Part shown: positions 52,034 to 61,259 of the stretch, piece after piece
Numbering within the stretch: the stretch's first letter is position 1
Layout: each line of letters opens with the position of its first letter
Assembly: GCA_041567315.1 (NCBI GenBank)
Contig: JBFGCA010000008.1
Span: forward strand, 2,990 to 66,989
Length of the DNA stretch: 64,000 bases
Reading direction: 5' to 3'
Source of the DNA: Thermoanaerobaculia bacterium
Lineage (GTDB): Bacteria; Acidobacteriota; Thermoanaerobaculia; Multivoradales; JAHEKO01
Notes under the pieces: generated by a model
Told to the model about the DNA's origin: nothing
The model's database searches: none
Seen by the model: only the letters and a program-made list of their open reading frames with translations
Position numbers and translations under genes: made by a program

Positions 52034-52540
52034 TCAGTGGTGGCAGTGGATGCAGTCGTTCGACGCACCCGATTGGTCGTGGCACTCCATGCAGTCGTTC
52101 ATCGTCGGTCGCCGGTGCGGTCGGGTGACCGGCTCGGTGCGCTCGCCCACCTGGCCGTGGCAGACCTCGCACTCCAGGCCGGCGATCGCGGTGTGCCGGC
52201 GATGCGAGAAGTAGACGTGGGCCGGCACCCGGTAGACCTTCTGCCAGGGGATGGGCTGGCCCGTCGTCACGTACTCGACCACCTGCGCCTCTTCGGCTGA
52301 CTCGCCCTGAACCTCCTCGTGACAGTCGACGCAGACCTCGACGTTGGGGATGGTGGCGCGGACGCCGCTCAGGGCCCAGCGGTGGCAGTCGGCGCACTCG
52401 GCGCCCACCTCCTCGACGTGGAGGTTGTGGTTGAAGGCCACGGGCTGGGTGACCCGCCAGGGCCTGTAGGGCAGAAAAGGCGCGGCCGTGCCGAGCACTA
52501 CCGTGAGCAACGTCAGGGTTCGGGCCGGAGCGGCGATCAA
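52034..52540 (-). CDS. Membrane-anchored pentaheme cytochrome c (ActA/QrcA-like)
   Basis: QPVAFNH..H, CADCH, CVDCH, HVYFSHRRH, CEVCH, CMECH, CIHCH. Start uncertain (TTG 52540 chosen). Confidence 0.85.
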   Translation of the reverse strand: MIAAPARTLTLLTVVLGTAAPFLPYRPWRVTQPVAFNHNLHVEEVGAECADCHRWALSGVRATIPNVEVCVDCHEEVQGESAEEAQVVEYVTTGQPIPWQKVYRVPAHVYFSHRRHTAIAGLECEVCHGQVGERTEPVTRPHRRPTMNDCMECHDQSGASNDCIHCHH

Positions 52541-52792
52541 GGACGCCTCGCTAACGCCGATGGTAGACTCGCGCCAAAGGAACTTCGCTCCCTCGCTGGA
52601 CGACGCCGAGAAGCTACCGGTGGTCTCGCCGGGAGCGAACACCCCTAGGGATGGCTGGCGGCCTCCCTCCAGGCGGGAAGCGGGCCACCCGCTCGGGTAG
52701 TTGGCCTCGGGCCCGCCGGCTACGAGGCCGCCACGGATCACCAGGCGTCCGGCGCGCGGTGGGGGACCGCCCCGTGGTTAGAATCCCGCGCG

Positions 52793-55700
52793 ATGAGACG
52801 GACCCTGCACGGCTTCGCCTTTTGTGCTCTGGCCGCCGCCACGCTGGCCGCGGCGCCCTCGGAGGAGGCGCTCGAGCTCCGCAACCTGGGGCTCGCCGAG
52901 CTCGAGAACGAACAGCCCGGCAACGCCGAGGAGCTCTTCCGCCGGCTGGTGGCGATGGTGCCGGACGACCCGCTGCCGGCCGCCAACCTGGCGATCGCCG
53001 CGCTCCGCCAGCAGAAGTTCGAGGAGGCGAGCGAGTGGGTCGGCCGGGCGCTGGCCAAGAGCCCGGGCGACCCACGGCTGCTGGCCATCGAGGCCGAGAT
53101 CCACCTGTGGAGCGGTCAGCCGCAGCAGGCGCTCGCCGTCTACCGGCAGGCGGCCGCCGGTGCCCCGCGGGACCCCGAGATCCAGTACGCGCTGCTCCGC
53201 CAGGCCGCCAACTTCCCCGGCGACGAGGCGACGGTGGCGGCCGGCGAGGCGCTGGGGCGACTCATGAAGCTGCGGCCCGACAACCTGGTGGTGATGCTCC
53301 AGGTCGGCCAGCAGGCGGTCGCTGCCGGCGACCGGGCGGCGGCCACCGCCGCCTACCTGCGGATCCGCGAGCTGCTGTGGCAGGCCCCGGGGCCGGCCGA
53401 GCGGCTGCTCGAGGAGATCCTCGGCAAGCTGGAGGCCGGCGAGCCGGCGGCGGCGCGGGTGCCGGCGCAGCGCCTGGAGAACGTCCTCAAGGTGACGCCG
53501 ATGTTCCGCGAGACCCAGCGCGAGCTGGCGACCGGCATCCAGGGGGTGCCGCTGGTGCGCTTCCGCGACGAGCCGGAGCCGGTGGTCTTCGGCGAGCCTC
53601 TGGAGGTGCGCTTCCGTGGTGCGCGGCTGGCCGAGGGGCCGGCGGCGGCGCCGGTGGCGGCCGACTTCGACGGCGACCGCCGAACGGACCTCGCCTGGCT
53701 GGCGGGCGGGCAGCTCGTCGTGCGGCTGGCGACCGCCGGCGGGGGGCCGCCGGCGCGGCTGCCCGCGGCCGGGATCGCCGGGCTGCTGGCCGCCGACCTC
53801 GACAACGACGGCAAGCTCGACCTCGTCGGCTGGGGCACCGAGCGGTTCGAGCTGTGGAAGGGAGACGGGGCGGGCGGCTTCACCGCTGCCTCCGACTCCG
53901 GGCTCGCCGGCGGCGCCGCGGCGGCGGCGGTGATCGACTTCGACATCGAGGGCGATCTCGACCTGGCGGCGGTCGGCGGCAAGCGCGGGCTCGAGCTCTA
54001 CCGCAACGCGCTCGCCGGTCCGCTCGAGGCGGTGGGCGAGCGCACCCTGCCGCGCCCGGCGCCCGAGGACGGCACCGCGCTCATCGTCTCCGACCTCGAC
54101 CGCGACGGCGACCTCGACCTGCTGGTCGCGCACCGCGGCGGCCTGGCCTGGCTCGACAACCTGCGCCAGGGCACCTTCGTCGACCGCACCCACGAGTCGG
54201 GGCTGGCGGCGGCCGGCGCGGCCAGGGCGATGGCCAGCGCCGACCTCGACAACGACGGGCTGCCCGACCTGGTGACCGCCGGCCGCGGCGTCAAGCTCTA
54301 CCGCAACCTGGGCGGGCGCTTCGGCCCCTGGGCGCTGGGCGACAAGCTCCGGACCAGCGCCGAGTTCAGCTCGGTCGAGACCTTCGACGCCGACAACGAT
54401 GGCCGGCTGGACCTGGCGGTCGGCGGGCCGGGCGGGCTGGCGGTGCTGGCGCGGCGCCAGGGCCGTTTCGAGTTCCTGCCGCTGGAGGAGGCGCCCTCCC
54501 GGGTGGCGGCGGTCCTCGCCGCCGACCTCGACCAGGACTGCGACCTCGACCTGGTGACCGCCGGCCCCGAGGGCGTGCACCGCCTCGAAAACCTCGGCGG
54601 CGACGCCAACCGCTGTCTCCAGGTCAGGCTCCAGGGTCTCGACAAGGGCAGCAGCAAGAACAACTTCTTCGGGCTCGGCGCCACCCTCGAGCTGCGCGCC
54701 GGCCGCGCCTACCAGTTCCGCGAGGCGACCGGCGACGTCACCCACTTCGGGATCGGCCGCTTCGCCGAGGTCGACCTGCTGAGGGTGGTGTGGACCAACG
54801 GCGTGCCCCAGAACCGGCTCGCTCCCGGGGCCGAGCCGCGGATCGTCGAGGAGCAGCTCCTCAAGGGGAGCTGCCCGTTCCTTTACGCCTGGGACGGCGA
54901 GCGGGTGCGGTTCGTGACCGACCTGCTGTGGGGCGCGCCGGCCGGGCTGCCGGTGGCGCCCGGGGTGTGGGCCGGCGCCGACCCCTCGGAGCTGGTGCGG
55001 GTCGACGGCGCGGCGCCGCGCGGCGGGGTCTGGGACCTGCGGATCACCGAGGAGCTGTGGGAGGCGGCGTACTTCGACCTGGTGCGGCTGTGGGTGGTCG
55101 ACCACCCGGAGGACGTCGAGGTCGCCAGCAGCCTCAAGGTGGTGCCGGGTGCGCAGGTGCCCGACCGGGTGCACGGCACCCGCGGGCTGCGGCCGGTGGC
55201 GGCGGCCGTCGACGCCGCCGGGAACGACGCCACCGCCCGGGTCGCCGCCCGCGACGAGATCTACGCCGACGGCTGGCGGGCGAGCGCCTACCAGGGGGTT
55301 GCGGCCAAGCCCTGGAGCTTCACCTTCGACCTCGGCGAGGCGCCCGCCGGACCGGTGCGGCTCCACCTCGACGGCTGGATCTTCCCCGCCGACGCCAGCC
55401 TCAACCTGGCGGTGGCCCAACGCCAGGGCGGGCCGGCTCCCCTGCCGCCGCGCCTCGAGGTCGAGACCGCCGCCGGCTGGCGCACCCTCCTGCCGTCCAT
55501 GGGCTTCCCGGCCGGCAAGACCAAGACCATGGTGGTCGACACCCCGCCGCTGCCCGCCGGCGCCCGGCGGCTGCGGATCGTCTCCGGGCAGTGGCTCTCC
55601 TGGGACCGCGTCGCCTGGTCGGAGCGGCCTGCCGACGCCGAGCCCGTGGTCCGCACCCGGCTCGCCCCGGCGCGGGCCGACCTCGCCTACCGCGGCTTCT

Positions 55701-56227
55701 CGGCGCCGGTCCGTGAGAGCCCCAACGGCCCACACCTCTTCGACTACGCGCGGATAACTAGTGAGTCCCCCTGGCTCCCCTTCCCCGGCCACTACACCCG
55801 CTACGGCGACGTCCGCGAGCTGCTCGCGACGGCCGACGACCGCTCGGTGATCCTCGGCCCCGGCGACGAACTGCGGCTCGCCTTCGACGGCGCCGGCCTC
55901 GAGCCGCCGCCCCCCGGCTGGCGCCGCACGGTCTTCCTCGAAAGCCACGGCTGGGACAAGGACGCCGACCGCAACACCTGGGAGGCCAAACAGCTCGAGC
56001 CGCTCCCCTTCCGGGCGATGAGCGGCTACCCCTACGGCCCCGGCGAGAGCTACCCCGACACCCCGCTCCACCGCCGCTACCGGGAGGAGTGGCTGACCCG
56101 GGTGGTGACCGGCACCGGTTCGATCCGGCCCACCGCCGCAGCGGCGGACACGGATGGAGCCGCTGCGAGCGAGCCCGCGGACGGGTCGGTCCGTGCCGGC
56201 CCGGCCGGGGCCACCACCCGGCGCTGA
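52793..56227 (+). CDS. Secreted TPR + FG-GAP + ASPIC/UnbV domain protein
   Basis: Signal peptide, TPR-like helices, repeated DxDxDGxxDL, HFGIG...VVWTNG, then KGSCPFLYAWDG and a C-terminal domain. Confidence 0.85.
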   Translation: MRRTLHGFAFCALAAATLAAAPSEEALELRNLGLAELENEQPGNAEELFRRLVAMVPDDPLPAANLAIAALRQQKFEEASEWVGRALAKSPGDPRLLAIEAEIHLWSGQPQQALAVYRQAAAGAPRDPEIQYALLRQAANFPGDEATVAAGEALGRLMKLRPDNLVVMLQVGQQAVAAGDRAAATAAYLRIRELLWQAPGPAERLLEEILGKLEAGEPAAARVPAQRLENVLKVTPMFRETQRELATGIQGVPLVRFRDEPEPVVFGEPLEVRFRGARLAEGPAAAPVAADFDGDRRTDLAWLAGGQLVVRLATAGGGPPARLPAAGIAGLLAADLDNDGKLDLVGWGTERFELWKGDGAGGFTAASDSGLAGGAAAAAVIDFDIEGDLDLAAVGGKRGLELYRNALAGPLEAVGERTLPRPAPEDGTALIVSDLDRDGDLDLLVAHRGGLAWLDNLRQGTFVDRTHESGLAAAGAARAMASADLDNDGLPDLVTAGRGVKLYRNLGGRFGPWALGDKLRTSAEFSSVETFDADNDGRLDLAVGGPGGLAVLARRQGRFEFLPLEEAPSRVAAVLAADLDQDCDLDLVTAGPEGVHRLENLGGDANRCLQVRLQGLDKGSSKNNFFGLGATLELRAGRAYQFREATGDVTHFGIGRFAEVDLLRVVWTNGVPQNRLAPGAEPRIVEEQLLKGSCPFLYAWDGERVRFVTDLLWGAPAGLPVAPGVWAGADPSELVRVDGAAPRGGVWDLRITEELWEAAYFDLVRLWVVDHPEDVEVASSLKVVPGAQVPDRVHGTRGLRPVAAAVDAAGNDATARVAARDEIYADGWRASAYQGVAAKPWSFTFDLGEAPAGPVRLHLDGWIFPADASLNLAVAQRQGGPAPLPPRLEVETAAGWRTLLPSMGFPAGKTKTMVVDTPPLPAGARRLRIVSGQWLSWDRVAWSERPADAEPVVRTRLAPARADLAYRGFSAPVRESPNGPHLFDYARITSESPWLPFPGHYTRYGDVRELLATADDRSVILGPGDELRLAFDGAGLEPPPPGWRRTVFLESHGWDKDADRNTWEAKQLEPLPFRAMSGYPYGPGESYPDTPLHRRYREEWLTRVVTGTGSIRPTAAAADTDGAAASEPADGSVRAGPAGATTRR

Positions 56228-56258
56228 GCGCCTCCCTGACCTGGACAGCGCCGCGACC

Positions 56259-57140
56259 GTGGACCCCCGCCGGCAGCCTCCATCCGCCAGTCGCCCCCCG
56301 GTCGGCCCCGGCCCCCGGTGGCCGCGGCATCTGTGGCTCGGCCTGGCGCTGATCGCCTTCTCCTGGCCCGCCACCTGGCACCTGCCGGGGCTGCGCTCGC
56401 ACTACCTGTTCTTCCCCCTCTGGCTGGGGTACGTCTTCACCGTCGACGCGCTGGTCCTGCGCCGCAGCGGCAGCTCGCTGCTCACGCGCGCGCCCCGCGA
56501 CCTGGCGCGCCTGCTCGCCGCCTCGGTCCCCACCTGGTGGCTCTTCGAGGTCCTCAACTGGCGGCTCGGCAACTGGGTCTACCTGGGCCGCGACGAGGTC
56601 GGCGACCTCGAGTACGTCCTCTTCGCCTCGCTCGCCTTCTCCACCGTGCTGCCGGCGGTCTTCGAGAGCGCCGAGCTGCTGGGCACCTTCGGCTGGGTCG
56701 AGCGGCTGCGGGGGCGAAGAGCCCTCGATCCGAGCCCCGGGCTCCTGGCCGGCAGCTTCGCCCTCGGCGCCCTGATGCTCGTCCTGTTGCTCGCCTGGCC
56801 GCGGATCTTCTTCCCGCTGACCTGGCTGGCACTGCTCTTCCTGCTCGACCCGGTGGTCTACCGGCTGGGTCGCCCGTCGCTGCTGGCCCGGCTCGAGCGC
56901 GGCGACCGCCGGCTGCTGGTCGCGCTACCGCTGGCCGCTTTGCTCTGCGGCTTCTTCTGGGAGCTGTGGAACCTCCACGCCTACCCCAAGTGGGTCTACG
57001 AGATCCCCGTCCCCTGGCTCGACGTCGCCCACCTCTTCGAGATGCCGCTCCCCGGCTACCTCGGCTATCTGCCCTTCGGTCTCGAGCTCTACCCCCTCAC
57101 CCACCTGCTGCTGCGCCGCCCACCGGCCCTGCGGCCGTAG
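56259..57140 (+). CDS. Hypothetical polytopic membrane protein
   Basis: About 7 hydrophobic segments; WWLFEVLN..L.NW.Y and GFFWELWN...KW.Y...LFEMPL.GYLGYLPF. Confidence 0.8.
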   Translation: MDPRRQPPSASRPPVGPGPRWPRHLWLGLALIAFSWPATWHLPGLRSHYLFFPLWLGYVFTVDALVLRRSGSSLLTRAPRDLARLLAASVPTWWLFEVLNWRLGNWVYLGRDEVGDLEYVLFASLAFSTVLPAVFESAELLGTFGWVERLRGRRALDPSPGLLAGSFALGALMLVLLLAWPRIFFPLTWLALLFLLDPVVYRLGRPSLLARLERGDRRLLVALPLAALLCGFFWELWNLHAYPKWVYEIPVPWLDVAHLFEMPLPGYLGYLPFGLELYPLTHLLLRRPPALRP

Positions 57141-57152
57141 GCGGAATCCGCT

Positions 57153-57545
57153 TCAGCAGGCGCCCGGCGTGCCGCCGGTGCCGGTCTCGAGGATCTCGAG
57201 GCGGTCGGGAGCGTTGGGCACCATGCACAGGAACTCGAAGGGGCCCTCGACCACCTCGTACGAGTGCGGGGCGCCGGCCGGGATGTAGAGCACGTCGTCG
57301 GGCCCCACCTCGTGGACCCGCTCGCCGATGGTCACCCGGGCGCGGCCGCGGAGCACGTACTGCTCGTGCTCGACGGCGTTGGTGTGCCGCGGCATGCCGC
57401 CGCCCTCGCCCATCCGGAAGCGCCGCATCGCGAAGTTCGGCGCCCCGTCGTCGGGGCCCAGCAGCACCTGGGTCTCGGTGGCGCGCCCCGCGGGCACCCC
57501 TCGGGCGGGAACCTCGTCCGCGCGTTTGACCACCGGGCGACTCAT
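57153..57545 (-). CDS. Cupin domain protein
   Basis: PNFAMRRF, PRHTNAVEHEQYVLRG, IPAGAPHSY. Confidence 0.88.
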   Translation of the reverse strand: MSRPVVKRADEVPARGVPAGRATETQVLLGPDDGAPNFAMRRFRMGEGGGMPRHTNAVEHEQYVLRGRARVTIGERVHEVGPDDVLYIPAGAPHSYEVVEGPFEFLCMVPNAPDRLEILETGTGGTPGAC

Positions 57546-57914
57546 TGAAGCCCAGCATATGTCAAGAGTGGAAGCTGCCGAGGCGGTGCACGAGTGGCCG
57601 CTCTTCCGACAAGCCAGGGAGGAGAGCTGGGTAAGAAGGGGCTCGCGGGCCGTCGCGTCGTCTGTGGCATGGCCGTGCACGCCGGGCTGGCGGCCACCGG
57701 ACGTCTCGCTCCACTTGAACGCCGGAGATTGTCCGGTCGGCTCAGCGCCGTCGGTACCTGCGGTCCTCGGCTTAGCCGCTGCTTCGAGCGCATTGCCCGC
57801 GGGAATGGGTATCCTGTCACCGTGTTGCAGCGCGAGCCGTGATGGTTTCGTGAGAAATCGGAGCTACGCTGAAGTCTCGCAGTTGATCTCACCTGGATTC
57901 GAGGAGGCGGTACG

Positions 57915-59090
57915 GTGATCTCGAAAAGCTTCGGAAAAGCGCTGGGCGTAGTCCTCCTGGGGGGCTTTGTCGCGGTCGCGCTGGCCGGGCTGGGACCGGC
58001 GCCGGCGGAGGCGGCCGACGGGGCGGTGTACGTGATGACCAACGCGCGGTCGGACAACCGGATCGTGATCTACGACCGCGCCGCGAACGGGATGCTGACC
58101 ATGCGCGGCTCGGTGTCGACCGGCGGCCGGGGGAGCGGCGGGACCATCGATCCGCTGGCGTCGCAGGGGTCGCTGGTGCTGAGCGAGGACCAGCAGTGGC
58201 TCTACGCGGTCAACGCCGGCAGCGGCCAGATCTCGGTCCTCGAGGTCACCGGCGACGGGCTGGAGCTGGTGCAGGTCCTCCGCAGCCGCGGCACCTTCCC
58301 GGTCAGCCTCAGCGCGGTGGGCAACCGGCTCTACGTCCTCAACGCCATGGGCCGCACCCACGTCCAGGGGTTCCGAATCCGGGAGGACGGGACCCTCAAG
58401 CGGCTCGTCCGCTCGCGGCGCCTCGTGACCAGCGAGGTCACCGCCGACGGGAGGCCGCTGCACCCGGCCCAGGTCCAGATCAGCCCGCTGGGCGACTGGC
58501 TGGTGGTCGACGACGTGGCCACCAGCGAGATCCACGTCTGGGCACTCGACGGCCGCGGGCGGCCGAGCGTCGAGGCGACCGTCAATCCGTCGGCCGGCGG
58601 CGGCCCCTTCGGCTTCACCTTCTCGCGCAAGAAGTACCTGGTGGTCGGCGAGCTGTTCGGCGTCATGCCGCCCGGCACCGCCGGCGCCGGGGCGGTCTCC
58701 TCGTACAGCATCGCCGACGACGGCACGCTCGAGCCGATCAGCGCCTCGGTCCAGAACCGCCAGTCGGGGGTCTGCTGGATGGTCAGCGACGGCGGCCGCT
58801 TCGTCTACACCACCAACACCAACAGCGGCACCATGACCGCCTACCGGGTGCGCAAGAACGGCCGCCTCAACCAGCTGGCCGGCAACGGCATCTCCTTCCG
58901 CTTCCCGCGCCCGCCCAACGCCCTGCCCATCGACGTCGCCTCGGCCGACGGCTTCATCTACACCCTCAACACCGGCACCGGCACGGTCGGCATCTTCTCC
59001 CGCAGCCGCGGCTCCGGCCAGCTCACCTTCCTCGGCGAAGCCGGCGGCCTCCCGCCCCTCGCCGGGCTGCAGGGCATCGCGGCGCGGTAG
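57915..59090 (+). CDS. Secreted lactonase-family seven-bladed beta-propeller protein
   Basis: Signal peptide; AVYVMTN, TGGRG, LYAVNAGS, GPFGFTF, VYTTNTNSG. Confidence 0.82.
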   Translation: MISKSFGKALGVVLLGGFVAVALAGLGPAPAEAADGAVYVMTNARSDNRIVIYDRAANGMLTMRGSVSTGGRGSGGTIDPLASQGSLVLSEDQQWLYAVNAGSGQISVLEVTGDGLELVQVLRSRGTFPVSLSAVGNRLYVLNAMGRTHVQGFRIREDGTLKRLVRSRRLVTSEVTADGRPLHPAQVQISPLGDWLVVDDVATSEIHVWALDGRGRPSVEATVNPSAGGGPFGFTFSRKKYLVVGELFGVMPPGTAGAGAVSSYSIADDGTLEPISASVQNRQSGVCWMVSDGGRFVYTTNTNSGTMTAYRVRKNGRLNQLAGNGISFRFPRPPNALPIDVASADGFIYTLNTGTGTVGIFSRSRGSGQLTFLGEAGGLPPLAGLQGIAAR

Positions 59091-59192
59091 TTCGTCGGAG
59101 CCGGCGGGTGGGGGCCACGGGTCTGCTACAGTGGCCAAAGGCCAGGTGTTGCAGACTGCTCAGGTGAGACCCGCTTGCGGCCGGCGCGGGTG

Positions 59193-59628
59193 GATGGTGG
59201 CGCTGGTGATTGCGGGCTGCGGGCTGGCCTGTGGTGAAACCGCTGAGCCGGAATCGCGCGAGGAGCCGCCCGGCGAGGAGACAGGAGCCGGAGTGACCGA
59301 CGACACCGTCAACGTGGCATTCATCCTCAAGGGGGAGGCGCGGTCGGCGGGGGCCAAGCAGGAGGTCGAGTCGATCGCCCGCGGGCTGGGGATGGAGCCC
59401 ACCCGCGCCGGGGCGGCGACGATGACGCTCAAGGTTTCCAGGCAGCGGTTCGAGGAGTTGTTCGGCGGCCGGCCGCAGGAGGTGCCGGCGCTGCCGGCCA
59501 GCGCGCGCGACGCCGGGTCCCCGGCGGGCCACCGTTACGAGGAGGAGATCCCGGTGCCCGACGCGCTCTTGCGGTACGTCGAGTCGATCTCGGTCGAGCC
59601 CCCCGCCCGCCGGCTGGACGAGCCCTGA
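59193..59628 (+). CDS. Stand-alone protease-prodomain-like protein, possible lipoprotein
   Basis: LGMEPTRAGAATMTLKVSRQRFEELFG resembles the prodomain of the downstream subtilase. Start is ATG 59193 (LAC lipobox) or GTG 59293. Confidence 0.62.
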
Positions 59629-59685
59629 GGTCCGACCATGACTCTCGACTCCCCGGAACCTTGAACCCGTAGAGGAGGTGCCAAG

Positions 59686-61227
59686 ATGCCGGCCAGGAAG
59701 AAGAAGGCGCGAAGCAGACGGCGGCCCGCCGCGCGGAAGAGCGTCCGCAAGAAGAGCGCGGCCGCCGCCAAGCCGCCGTCGACGCTGTCGATCGCGGTCA
59801 CCCTGCCGAGCCCCAAGCACGGCGTCGGGCCGACCAAGTTCGCCGCCCGGATGACCGCCTCGCTGGCCGAGGAGTTCAAGCCGGATCCCACCGTGCGCAG
59901 CAGCGCGCTCGCCGAGCTCCAGCGGCTGGGCTTCAAGGTCACCTCGCAGGGGCGGATGACGATCTCGGTGCGGGGCAGCCGCTCGCTGTTCGAGCGCACC
60001 TTCGGCACCAAGCTGAGCGCCTTCGTGCAACGCCGCGAGATGGCGGACGACGAGGCGTTCTTCTTCCCCGCCAAGGGCGCGCCGTGGAAGCCGCACTCGG
60101 GGCTGGCGGCGGTGATCGACGACGCCTACATCCAGTGGCCGCACATCTACATGACCGACCTGTTCAAGAGCACCGAGCCGTCGCCGATCCCGCCGCGGGT
60201 CGACTACCACCACCTGCGGGTGGCCGGCGACCTCAATTGGCTGCTCAACGTCGACAAGGTCCACCGCCAGGGCACCACCGGCCGCGGGGTGCGGGTGGCG
60301 ATGATCGACAGCGGCTTCGCCCACAAGAGCCATCCCCACTTCGGGCGCCGCGGCTACCGCACCACCACCGTGCTCGCCCCGGGCGCGACCGACGTCGACA
60401 AGGACGGCAGCAGCCACGGGACCGGCGAGTCGGCCAACCTGCTGGCGGTCGCCCCCGACGTCGAGTTCATCGGCGTCAAGCTCGACAACGAGCGCGGCGG
60501 CAAGGGCGCCAGCGTCCACGAGGGGTTCCTGGAGGCGATCCAGCACAACCCGCACGTGATCTCGGTCAGCATCGGGTTCGACATGTGCCCGAGCGACCTG
60601 TCGGGCCGGCGCACCAGCAACCAGCACCTGACCGAGCTGCCCAACAGCCTCAAGGCGCTGGAGGCCGAGATCCAGGCCGCGGTCGCCGACGGCACGGTGG
60701 TGGTCTTCTCGGCCGGCAACGGGCACGTCGCCTTCCCCGGCATGATGCCCGACGTGATCTCGGCCGGCGGCGCCTTCGTCGACGACAAGGGCGCGCTCAA
60801 GGCCTCGGACTACGCCAGCGGCTTCGTCAGCAAGATCTACGCGGGGCGGGTGGTGCCCGACTTCTGCGGGCTGGTGGGGATGCAGCCCCACGCCGACTAC
60901 ATCATGCTGCCGGTGCAGGCCAAGAGCCGCCAGGACGGCCGCGGGCACGACAAGACCGCCGACGACGACGGCTGGGGGGTGTTCAGCGGCACCTCGGCGG
61001 CGGCGCCGCAGATCGCCGGGATCTGCGCCCTGCTGCTACAGAAGAGCCCCGGCCTGTCGCCGGCCGACGTCAAGAGCGTGCTCAGCCGCACCGCGGTCGA
61101 CGTCACCACCGGCAACGCCAACCCCCTGAGCAACGAGGACAAGGGTGGAGAAAAGGCGAAGGTCGGCCCCGACGCGGCGACCGGCACGGGCCTGATCGAC
61201 GCCTTCGAGGCCTGGAAGCTGGTCTAG
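59686..61227 (+). CDS. S8 subtilisin-family serine protease
   Basis: VAMIDSG (Asp), HGT (His), FSAGN, FSGTSAAAPQIAG (Ser); RBS AGGAGG; no obvious signal peptide. Confidence 0.92.
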   Translation: MPARKKKARSRRRPAARKSVRKKSAAAAKPPSTLSIAVTLPSPKHGVGPTKFAARMTASLAEEFKPDPTVRSSALAELQRLGFKVTSQGRMTISVRGSRSLFERTFGTKLSAFVQRREMADDEAFFFPAKGAPWKPHSGLAAVIDDAYIQWPHIYMTDLFKSTEPSPIPPRVDYHHLRVAGDLNWLLNVDKVHRQGTTGRGVRVAMIDSGFAHKSHPHFGRRGYRTTTVLAPGATDVDKDGSSHGTGESANLLAVAPDVEFIGVKLDNERGGKGASVHEGFLEAIQHNPHVISVSIGFDMCPSDLSGRRTSNQHLTELPNSLKALEAEIQAAVADGTVVVFSAGNGHVAFPGMMPDVISAGGAFVDDKGALKASDYASGFVSKIYAGRVVPDFCGLVGMQPHADYIMLPVQAKSRQDGRGHDKTADDDGWGVFSGTSAAAPQIAGICALLLQKSPGLSPADVKSVLSRTAVDVTTGNANPLSNEDKGGEKAKVGPDAATGTGLIDAFEAWKLV

Positions 61228-61259
61228 CAGCTAGCCGCCCGCGAACCTGTCGCGACGCC

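Noticed and set aside
57665-57679. TGGCATGGCCGTGCA as a sigma54 promoter
   Set aside because: The GG-to-GC spacing is 9 nt rather than the required 10.
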